This document shows, piece by piece, positions 53,711 through 64,000 of a DNA stretch of 64,000 bases; the stretch's first letter is position 1, and each line of letters starts with the position of its first letter. This DNA comes from Eledone cirrhosa (lineage: Eukaryota): contig OZ024740.1 in the NCBI GenBank assembly GCA_964016885.1, forward strand, positions 237,522,001-237,586,000, read 5' to 3'. The notes under the pieces are model-generated. The model was given only the letters and a program-made list of their open reading frames with translations, did no database searches and was not told where the DNA came from. The position numbers and the translations under genes are program-made.

Positions 53711-54436
53711 TCAGAAGCTCCCGCGTCTTGCGACGCATGAGGCAATCATAGTGTTCCACCGCGTTCGGTCAGCAGACAGTTGCACAGCGTCCCGCCATTG
53801 TCTGTTTGTCACTCGCAGGTCCCTCTCAACTGTCTGGCGCCAGTTCACATTGGGTCGCCCTCTCCGTCTGCTTCCCTGTGGGTTCCATTTAAGTACTTGG
53901 TTCGCCAGTCTCTCCGGGGGAAGTCTCAAAGCGTGTCCAAACCAGCCCAGGCGTCGCTTGCAGATGGTAGACGAGACTAGCTGCTGGTTGGTGCGGTTCC
54001 TGACTTCCTGGTTTGTTATATGGTCATTCCATTTAATCCCCAGGATCTTTCGCAGACACCTGGAATCGAATGCGTCCAACTTCTTCTCTTGGCTGGTCTT
54101 AAGGTGCCATGTTTCACTTCCGTACAAGAGTGTGGACAGCACATTGCCCTTGTAGAATCTCATCTTTGTTTTGAGGGTGAACTTCCTGCTCTTCCAGATT
54201 TTGACAAGCTGGTTAAATGCTGCTGAAGCCTTTCCCATTCTACATTGCAATTCACTGTCCATGGCGCCCCCATTGTCAATGGAGCTTCCTAGGTAGGTGA
54301 AGTTGTCCACTATCCCCCCCCCCCGTTCAATGAAAACACTAGTTGGTGATGGGTGTGTCCCAGATAACATGCTTTTGGTCTTCTTGGCACTGATATTGAG
54401 ACCTAAGCTTCCTGCTTCGACATTGATATTGTTCAC
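53711..54436 (-). mobile_element. RTE-clade LINE C-terminal fragment (different subfamily)
   Basis: GLNISAKKTK, FTYLGS, LLYGSETW, RRLGWFGH, RRRGRP. Confidence 0.85.
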
Positions 54437-54518
54437 AATGATTTGTTCATAATGATTTCATAATGATATATATATATATGTATATATATAATAAAAACAG
54501 GGTTTGAAAAGTGCACAT

Positions 54519-54553
<35 letters not shown>

Positions 54554-54697
54554 GAGCTTTATAACATGTACAAAAAATGGATGTTAGTGAAGCTTGCTTT
54601 CTCTGTTTTGGATCTCCAAAACATTTGTTATTAGGTTAAATTGTTTTTCGATTACATGGTTTGGGTTGCTTATATATATATTTACTCACACACACAC

Positions 54698-54767
<70 letters not shown>

Positions 54768-55459
54768 CAGATTTTAATAAATATTTTAATAAATATTTGC
54801 TCTATGGTTCTTATATATTTGATATATATTTATCCTTATCGAGCCCTCTTTGGATTTTAGTCTTCAAATTTTTATTATTACTATATATATATATATATAT
54901 ATATATAGTGGTGTATATATAGTGTTACTGCCAATTATATACATATATGTATATATGTATGTAAAGAGTAAATGGGAAAAAAGCAATTAACACAGTATAG
55001 TGAAGAAATATATTAGTTTAAGGCTTGATATAGTAGGAAAAGAGTTTTTATCAGAAAATAAAATGAGAAATAAAAGAAGAAATAGAAAGGATTGGAAAAA
55101 AAATTGTGGGTGCGGAGCATGTATGTATTCTATTAGCTTTTTTGTGTATATATATATATATCATTGTCGTACTGTTCATATTTTTGGCAGGGTTTTTCTG
55201 GCTGGACCCTCTTCCTATCACCAACCAACTTACAGTGTGGACTAGGTGTATTATTCAGCCACTAGCACTAGAACGGTTGTCTTACTGGACTCAAGGTTCC
55301 TCTTCTCCCCGTGTTAGTTTTTATTTAAAGTGTCTGCTCTCCTAGATGGGTTGCCTTCACTATGACTTATAGGGTCCATGTCTACCCCATACAGTTGTTT
55401 TTAATCAGAGTAACTGCTCTGCTAGATGGGTTGCCTTTACTACGACTTATGCGAATTTC

Positions 55460-56090
55460 TCTATTCAGATGATCTGGTCCTTATAGCTGAATCCATTAAA
55501 AACCTAAAACATAAGTTCTGACAATGGAAACAAAATTTAGAATCAAAGGGCCTAAGAGTGAACTTAGCCAAAACTAAAGTGCTAGTGAGTAGGAGAGAAG
55601 ATAAGATCCTGATTCTTTCAGGGAAGTTTCCCTGCCCAATATGTAGAAAGGGAGTAGGCATAAACTCCATACGATGTACACAATGTAAATACTGGGTACA
55701 CAAGAGATGTAATGGGATAACAAGTAAGCTAAACAGGAAGGGAAGACTTTGTAGAGGATGCACAGGAGTAACTGAAGGAAAGATAACCAGTGATGTAAGC
55801 CTATTCCAGTCACAGGAAGGACCCATAGAAATGGTTGATATCTTCTGCTATCTAGGCAATGTAATTAGCAATTGAGGAGTGTGCTCTGAGAGTATAATAG
55901 CTAGAATAAGGATAGGATGGAAACAGTTTAGAGAGCTACGCCCACTGTTGACCAAGAAACACCTGGTCAGAGATTGTGAGAGCTGATCTCAAATCACTGA
56001 AACTCACAGAGGCGGTGACAAAGGCTTGTGACATGGGGTGAGATTCTATGCTGAGAAGGACCCATCCAATCCATTCATGATGATGCTGAT
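55460..56090 (+). mobile_element. RTE LINE fragment, internally deleted
   Basis: DDLVL..GLRVNLAKTK..CPICRKGVG.NSIRC..WVHKRC..FCYLG. (gat)-type tail. Confidence 0.75.
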
Positions 56091-56094
56091 AATA

Positions 56095-56651
56095 TATCAT
56101 CATCATCACCACCACCATCACCGTTTTACGTCCGTTCTTCCACGCTAGCATGCTTTAGATGGGTTGTCCTGTTGTGGGTAGTGTACGGTTGGTTGACCTT
56201 GTCTTGCTCATACTGGAACTGATTCTGGCTTGATTTCTACAGCTGGATGCCCTTCCTAACACCAACCTTATTTACAGTGTGGGCTGGGTGCTTTTTTGCC
56301 ATAGCACCTCCACGACAACTTTGCAGTGGGAGGGTGTGGGGGCATATTGTCTATATGCTTCAGCTTGTACCCGAGGGAAGGCGGGTCTTCTGTATTACTG
56401 CGTGATGCCAGCGGTCACGGTCGTGTGTCATCACCTTTGAGAGGCGCAGTTGGGCAATGTCAGTTTTTATCAGCTCATTCCAGGTCTTCCAAGGTTTCCA
56501 TCGACTTTTAGTGCTCTGCACCTTTTTATGCAACTGACATCCTTCATACGCATCACATGTCCATACCAATGCAGCCTCCTCTCCTGCACACAGCATTTGA
56601 TTCCTCTTATGCTCAGTCTCTCTCTCAATTCGTTTATGCTTTGCCGTTCGC

Positions 56652-56652
<1 letters not shown>
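56095..56652 (-). mobile_element. RTE LINE 3' fragment
   Basis: Homologous to ~610-905 (VIQKTRL), plus the ggatgcccttcctaacacc module and (cat/cac)n tail. Confidence 0.75.
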
Positions 56653-56715
<63 letters not shown>

Positions 56716-56950
56716 ACTTCTCCTTGACTAACCCAAATACGCACGTACATGCACACACATCCATATATGTGTGTGTGTGTGTGTGTGTGTAGATGCATGT
56801 ATACATATATGCATACATAAGAATAAATAAAAAAACAAAGTATCCCTGCTCTGTAACATTGCCTTCTTTTTTATTGTGGATTACTATGATCACCTAATTG
56901 AAACCTATCCACCCCCTCCGCCAACACACACATATATATATCGCCTCACC

Positions 56951-57116
56951 TACCATATTTCCCGGTGCCGAAGACGCTTCGTCCTCGAGGACGCACCCTA
57001 ATTTTGACAACCAAAAATTTGAAAAAAAATAATAAACAACCTTCGGCCTCCAGGACTCATGGTAAATTTTTGAGACTTATTTTATGAAAAAAGTAACATC
57101 TTCGGGAAATACAGTA
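56951..57116. mobile_element. pogo/Tigger-like MITE
   Basis: Imperfect terminal inverted repeats ta-ccatatttcccg ... cgggaaatacag-ta with TA target duplication. Confidence 0.6.
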
Positions 57117-58021
57117 ATTATACAAAATAGTAGGAATTGAATTTTCCGATAAATCTAGTCAGACTAGTTTTTTCTAAATCTTGTTCATTTGTAAGATAGC
57201 AAAACACGCGTCAATTGCATAATAAATGTTGATCCTCTAACTGCGATGTTATCATATTCATGTTACTTATATATACATATACATGTGTGTGTGTGTGTTT
57301 GTTTGTGCATGCATGAATGTGTCTGTGTGTCTCTGTGTGTGTATTTGTATGTTTGCATATTTGTCCACAAATTTAGTCTGTGGAATGAAAGAATTGCCTA
57401 AAGATTCAAGCCGTCTAAAAGATGTGTTCTATATTTTCAATTTATTTTCAATTTTGTTTTCAATGTGTTTTATTTTCAAATTTGTATTTTCAATTATTTC
57501 AATATTTTCAATTATTTCAATATTTTCAATTTCTAGTTAAGTTTTACTGAAATTCTTGTGATAGTGTAGTAAGAAAATGCACTACTTATCGCAGAACAAT
57601 TGGGTTACGCTTGGTCAGTCACCAGGTCAGTAAGTTGGCGGCGTAGAAATACCGAGCAGTGACTTCTGTCCAGAAAAACAATTCTCGCCTCTTTTCACTT
57701 CTAAACAGTTCTAGCTTCATTTTCGTCGAAACAAGATGTTACTAAATCCATTCCCTGGAACAACTGGCAAGATGTAGAACTTACCAAGAAACTTGGGCCC
57801 TGTCGACAAGGGCCCAACAACTAGTTCAACTTAATCATGTGGCATGCCAGCAGCTCTTTGCTCTTTCAGTACATGTAATAATTTATAGAGAAAAATAAAC
57901 CATTGTTTTTATTCCTCACTGTGCTTTCCTATTCGGTTCTTTCCTCACGAAGAAACTTAAACATGCAGCCTTATAACCTAATCTTTAAGGATTCTTTCTC
58001 GCAACCAAAAAAACTTATTTT

Positions 58022-58344
58022 TTTAGAAGAATGGTATTATAACAGATAATTGTTGTTGTAGAAATAACAAGAAATACTTTTTGGTTTATATACAAAGGTT
58101 TACTTCATTGAAGTCAAAGAAAGGACAATAAACATATTACCATAAGTTGTGAAGGTTGAACGATGTAATGGTGTAGTTGATTCATGAGGCTGTTGGTAGT
58201 AAAAAGAGTTGCTCTTAACATGTTCACTTGAGTAGGCTGATATTTGCATCCCACGTGTCGTGGGTGAAGGCTGAAGTGGAGGAGGCGAAGTCGCCTCCGT
58301 TCTCCTGGGGTGCTGCGAGTGGAAGAGAGAGAGAGAGAGAGAGG

Positions 58345-58424
<80 letters not shown>

Positions 58425-58558
58425 TCTGGCTGTCTCTATAGATAGTCCCCATGGGTACGCAACTCCATTTACTTCTGTTGTTGACACTAGGAGTCACTAC
58501 AGTCCCCAAAGGACGTAACTCTCATGAGTTCTGGATTTCATCGCTAGGGGTCACTACA
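58022..58558 (-). repeat. 3' LTR containing an expanded (GA)n
   Basis: Direct repeat of 62201-62651. Begins TGTAGTG on the minus strand. Confidence 0.9.
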
Positions 58559-58570
58559 ATACCCTCCTCC
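58559..58570 (-). promoter_or_regulatory. Polypurine tract
   Basis: Minus strand ggaggagggtat immediately before the 3' LTR. Identical to 50588-50599. Confidence 0.85.
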
Positions 58571-61500
58571 AGACGATAGGCGAAAAGCCCGAAGGTAAAT
58601 GTAGCGAACCCGCAAGAATGGGATCCAAGCAAAGGCATGAAACAATAACAAAAAATAAAAAGATACATGCATACATAATACAAAGAAAAGGAAAAAAGAA
58701 AAGGCTCCATAGTGGCCAGTTCATATAAAAAATGTCTGACAGAGTTTTTGGGCCAGTGGACTCTTCGACCGGGACGGGTCGTGGTCTTGTATGAGGTGAA
58801 GGTGGGGCAAAAGGAGCAGGTGTATGCACAATAGAGAAAGATGGGGGTATTTGTGGCTCAGGTGTATGAGCGTCAGTGTATGCCCTTTTTAGTCTATCCA
58901 TCGAAATTGTCTCTCTGGATCCCTTAATGTCTACTGTGAAATGTTTGTCAGTACGTGCTAACACACGGTAGGGTCCAGAGTACGGTTGTGTGAGAGGTGG
59001 ACTAACCACGTCCTCTCTGACAAAGACATGTGTCCACGAAGCAATATCCCTCGGGACTGCAGTTTTAATAGTTTGTTTCATAGTATCCATAGGCAATAAG
59101 TCCTGAAAATAGGAGCGCAAACGAGATAAGTAGGAAAGAGGATCTTGAATAGCAAGATCAACAGGGGCAAGCATTTGCCCAGGCAACGCTAGAGGAGCAC
59201 CATACAATAATTCGGCCGGAGAGAACCCAAGGTCCTCCTTTATTGAAGACCGAATTTCTAACAACACAATAGGAAGGTACTCGCTCTAACGTAGAGGGTC
59301 TGGATAGGCGCGTAGAGCGGCCTTTAATTGGTGGTAAAATCGTCCACCATTCCGTTTGAAGCAGGATGATAAGATGTGGTCCGAATACGTTGAGCGCCAA
59401 TAATTTTTGTCAGCTCTGAGAAAAGATGAGATTCAAATTGCCTACCACGGTCTGTGGTAATTGTGGTTGGCACGCCATAGCAGGCAATCCACCCTGATAC
59501 TAGGGCACGCGCTATCATTTCGGCGGTAATGTCCTTTAAAGGGATGGCTTCAGGCCATCGCGAAAAACGATCAATGCAGATCAAGAGGTAAGAATATCCA
59601 CTACTGAATGGCCAAGGTCCAACGATATCGATGTGGATGTGTTGAAAACGGGCATCCGGAGTACTGAAAGTATCAAGTGGAGTCTAGGTGTGTCTGTGGA
59701 CTTTAGAATTTTGACGCTGTATGCAGAAACGGCAACAGGCAGTAATTTCTCGCCTCATATTTGGCCAGAAAAATCTAGCTGTTATGAGCTTTACTGTGGC
59801 TGAAGCTACTGGGTGAGAAGTACTGTGCAAAGAAAGGAACATAATTCGACGGTAAGTCTCGGGAACATAAGGACACGGTGAATCCGTAGATACGGCGCAG
59901 AGGATCTGCCTGTCGGTAGTCGACAAGGGCAGATATTTCAGGTTGCAAGTCGCAAATTCGGCTGATGAAGTATCCAACGATTCGAGTGTAGGTTGGTCTG
60001 CTGCCAAACGACTTAAATCTATCTCCTGAGATGACGAAATCGAGCTGATTGGCAAGCGTGAACAAGGCGTCTGCAGCTGTGTTTAGTGAGCCAGCAACGT
60101 GATGTATATCATTGGTAAACTGCGAAATGTAATCAAGGCGCCTTGTTTCTCTGGGCGAATATTTGTCGGCTTTAGCCCTCAAAGCTAAGGTCAGAGGTTT
60201 GTGGTCAGTGAAAACCGTAAAATTTCTTCCCTCAAGAATATGAGAAAAATGTTTCAACGACAGATATATGGCTAATAACTCCCGACCAAACGTGCTGTAA
60301 CGAGTTGCTGCTGGTTTCAGCTTCCTGGAGAAGAATGCCAAAGGTTGTTGGTGTTCAGCGTTATACTGTTGTAAAACTGCTCCCACAGCGGTATCAGATG
60401 CATTGACACAAAGCAAAAGCTTGGCCTCTGGTACTGGGTGGGCTAGCAAAGATGAATTAGCAAGTGCTGTCTTGGTAGTCTGGAAATCTTTGAGTTGTCC
60501 TTGTGTCAAGGAAATATCCCCATTCTTCTTACGACGGTTTTTCAAAATCTCGGTAAGGGAAAACAGTAATTTTGCACATTGAGGAACGAAGCGTCTATAA
60601 AAATTGATTAGGCCTAAGAAGTGACGCAACTGGTGAAGTGTAGTAGGAGGAGGTAAATCCTGTATAGCCTTAACTCGTTGCGGAAGGGGTCGAATACCCT
60701 CGGCGTCACTGATGTGACCTAAAAAATTCAGTGAAGTGGATCCCAAAACACACTTTGCGAGATTCACTCGAACGCGATAATCCTGGAGTCGGCGAAATAA
60801 AAGGTTCAGGCGACGCATATGCTCTTCTGGAGAGGAACTAGCGACGAGAAGATCCTCTATATATGCATAAACGAAGTCCAGACCATGAGTGACCTTGTTT
60901 ATGAACCGCTGAAAGGTGCTAGCAGCATTCCTGAGTGCGAAAGGCATGGTCAAAAGCTCGAAGGATCCGAAAGGAGTCGTAATAGCTGTCTTCGGAATGT
61001 CTTCCTTCATGACCGGAATTTGGTGGTAAGTACGTACTAAATCGAGTTTGGAGAAAATCTTACAACTGCAGAGTTGTAAGTTTTTCTCCAAACTCGATTT
61101 AGTACGAAGATGCGAAATCCTGGAGGTGGGGAATCTGATATCTATCCAGGATGGTCATCGCGTTTACCTCCTATAATCCCCAGTGTGTCTCCAGTCAGCA
61201 GAACTCTTGGGCACCATATGTAACGGTGAAGCCCAAGGACTCGTAGATGGGCGAATAATGCCCAGCTGCAGCATATGGTCGAACTCCGACCGTGCTGCCT
61301 TTAACTTGTCTGCCGGTAAACGACATGGACCTGAAAATACTGGAGCACCGGTTGTGGAAATAAAATGTTCGGTTGAGTGAGTTGACTCAGTAACTCGAAA
61401 ATTTCCATCGATGAGCTCCGGGAACGATTCTAACAACGAATGACAGGCGTTTCAACAGCAGCGATGAAGAATATTGGGCTGATCGTGGGAGCATTGGCTT

Positions 61501-62187
61501 TTTGGCCACGAATTGAGAAACCGGTGATGTCATCCACCAGGCATTGGCTTCGGACGTCCACAGTCAAGGAGAAATTGTGGAGCACCACAAGAGGCCTTCA
61601 GCTTCTGTAGCTCCAGGGTGAGTTCCAGAATGGCTTTCTGCATAGCCATTATAGTTGCGCTGTCTGCATGAGTTGCCGCGCAGGTGGTTTGGCCAGGTGT
61701 GGCCTGAGCTGAGTGAGAAACAACGGCAAGGGCTTTAGAAGAATGAGATGCCATTGGTGCAATCTCAGTAAGCGGCGAAATGCGTCTCCGTATAGAAAAA
61801 TATCTCGGACACAAGGGTAAAAGAAAATAAATCCACTTGTTTTTTTTCTGTCAAACAACCGGACAGGAAAACGAATGCATCCGAAATAACGTGTAAGGGA
61901 GCGACTAATTAAACAATGACATTAACACTACATTTACAGCGAACCTAAAACAAAAAACAACATGGTGCACAGTTTCGCGCCAAAAATACTAATGGGGGAG
62001 AAAGCCGCCATCTTGACATCTTCAAAAATTTTAGCAGGGAAAAGAAGGAAAAAAAAAATTTACATAATTGTTCTTAACAAAGGGTTCAGTTTTCTCTTAT
62101 GTGATCGGTAAATGAAGCCATATCAGAAGAAAAAAGCGTGTTGTTTTCTATGAATTTTTTTTATATAATACCACTTCGTTTTTTTTT

Positions 62188-62199
62188 TCGGGGTCACCA
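62188..62199 (-). promoter_or_regulatory. Primer-binding site (probably tRNA-Trp)
   Basis: Minus strand tggtgaccccga one base after the 5' LTR. Complementary to the ..UCGGGGUCACCA 3' end recalled for animal tRNA-Trp. Confidence 0.75.
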
Positions 62200-62200
62200 C

Positions 62201-62651
62201 TTTAGAAGAATGGTATTATAACAGATAATTGTTGTTGTAGAAATAACAAGAATGGCTTTTTGGTTTATATACAAAGGCTAACTTCATTGAAGTCAAAGAA
62301 AGGACAATAAACATATTACCACAAGTTGTGAAGGTTGAACGATGAAATGGTGTAGTTGATTCATGAGGCTGTTGGTAGTAAAAAGAGTTGCTCTTAACAT
62401 GTTCACTGGAGTAGGCTGATATTTGCATCCCACATGTCGTGGGTGAAGGCTGAAGTGGAGGAGGCGAAGTCGCCTCCGTTCCCCAGGGGTGCTGTGAGTG
62501 GAAAAGAGAGAGAGCCCTCTGGCTGTCTCTCTATATAGTCCCCATGGGGACGTAACTCCATTTACTTCTGTTGTTGACACTAGGGGACACTACAGTCCCC
62601 AAGGGACGTAATTCTCATGAGTTCTGGATTTCATCGCTAGGGGTCACTACA
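62201..62651 (-). repeat. 5' LTR
   Basis: Direct repeat of 58022-58558. Confidence 0.9.
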
Positions 62652-63092
62652 TTTTAAACATTTATCTGCTAAAATAACAACTAAAAATTTGTTAATAAGT
62701 ATCTAGTACATAGAAATCAAAGAATAGTTTGATGGATATATAAAGATTAGTGTATAAACAGAGTACTAACAAACTTGTGATTATTTCCATGTAAACAACA
62801 CCTGAACATTTGTTTTAATATATATTTTTCTATTCTCTATAAAATAAATTGCCAGTCTGCACTGAGGTCAATTTAATGAACTTTTCCCTCTCCCCCAAAT
62901 TGCTGGCCTTGTGCCTAAATAAAAAAACATTATGATAGGACTGGACTCTTATTAAAACATCCAAGAAACCTCCTATGTAATTCAACCTCATAGGAGGCCA
63001 CCTAAACCTATTCAAGTATGAGCTGTAATAATAACAACAAACCCATCCCATGACCTACCATAGCTACTATCCACTACCATTATATGACCACA

Positions 63093-63272
63093 GTGGATTG
63101 GCAGTATCGGTAGAGGGTCGGACGCCATGCTTTCCAGCATAGTTACGTCCCTTTACGGTCTGAGTTCAAATGCCGCCGAGGTTGACTTTGCCTTTCATCC
63201 TTACGGGGTCGATAAAATAAAGTACCAGTAATGCACTGGGTAATTGCTGGCCTTGTGCCTAAAGTAGAAACA
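63093..63272 (+). mobile_element. tRNA-derived SINE with 14 bp target-site duplication
   Basis: attatatgaccaca at 63079-63092 and 63273-63286. The body is near-identical to 30190-30372. Confidence 0.9.
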
Positions 63273-63464
63273 ATTATATGACCACACCATCATCAAATGC
63301 TCTACAGTAGCTATTATCCATTATCATTGCTTAACTGTGACCCATCAGCTACCACTCCCTCATGACCCAAGCCCCCACCTGATCACTGTAGACAATAATT
63401 TTCATTATCATTTTGTCATTATCAAAAAATACAGCTACTATTCATGGTCATAATATGACCATAG

Positions 63465-64000
63465 AACCATCCCCTTTCTCTACAATAGCTACCATCCAGT
63501 ACCATCATATATTCATACTTCCATCATCTCTCTCTCCACTCTCTACCATCCAATACCATCACATATCCATACAACCATCCCCTTTCTCTACAATAGCTAC
63601 CATCCACATCATATATTCATACTTCCATCATCTCTCTCTCCACTCTCTACCATCCAATACCATCACATATGACCATACAACCATCCCCCTTTCTCTACAA
63701 TAGCTACCATCCAGTACCATCATATATTCATACTTCCATCATCTCTCTCTCCACACCCTACCATCCAATACCATCACATATCCATACAACCATCCCCTTT
63801 CTCTACAATAGCTACCATCCAGTACCATCATATATTCATACTTCCATCATCTCTCTCTCCACTCTCTACCATCCAATACCATCACATATGACCATACAAC
63901 CATCCCCCTTTCTCTACAATAGCTACCATCCAGTACCATCATATATTCATACTTCCATCATCTCTCTCTCCACACCCTACCATCCAATACCATCACATAT
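63465..64000. repeat. ~108 bp minisatellite, about 5 units, runs off the window end
   Basis: Unit starts (aaccatcccc) at 63465, 63573, 63679, 63788 and 63898. Confidence 0.92.

Larger units (their letters stand above)
58022..62651 (-). mobile_element. Ty3/Gypsy LTR retrotransposon with both LTRs; most of gag and the protease deleted
   Basis: LTRs at 62201-62651 and 58022-58558, PBS, PPT, RT-RNase H ORF 59775-61091 (YIED in place of YIDD), integrase fragments with GPY. Possible TTTT target duplication. Confidence 0.92.

Noticed and set aside
61760-62187. Host promoter (CpG-richer, YY1-like gccgccatctt)
   Set aside because: It lies between the PBS and the gag remnant, so it is the Gypsy leader.
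63465-64000. CRISPR-like array
   Set aside because: Units are full tandem copies with no unique spacers, the context is eukaryotic, and there are no cas genes.

Overview
Repeat-saturated, AT-rich animal genomic DNA. The microsatellite load and the SINE/LINE mix resemble a cephalopod (octopus-like) genome; this is an inference. No host gene can be called with confidence, only a few weak exon candidates. Most of the window is retroelement-derived. It holds one apparently intact full-length R4/Dong-clade LINE (1130 aa RT + CCHC + restriction-like endonuclease) within a roughly 10 kb stack of insertions in a (TAA)n tract, two decayed Gypsy LTR elements in inverted orientation, Tx1/L1-, CR1-, RTE-, CRE- and I-group LINE remnants, tRNA-derived SINEs, a pogo-like MITE and a ~108 bp minisatellite. 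The most interesting signal is not in the ORF track. At least six type I hammerhead ribozyme motifs can be folded by eye (1376, 1775, 2143, 2637, 3486, 39164), five of them within about 2.2 kb. They share palindromic stem III sequences, and several have very long stem II inserts or a CCGAnGA core variant. They sit in short Penelope-type cassettes in or next to (TA)n tracts. Several cassettes are fold-back structures with both ends facing outward, and in two of them the inverted arm starts 4-6 nt from the predicted ribozyme cleavage site. All family assignments come from motif recognition, not database searches, and most element boundaries are approximate.
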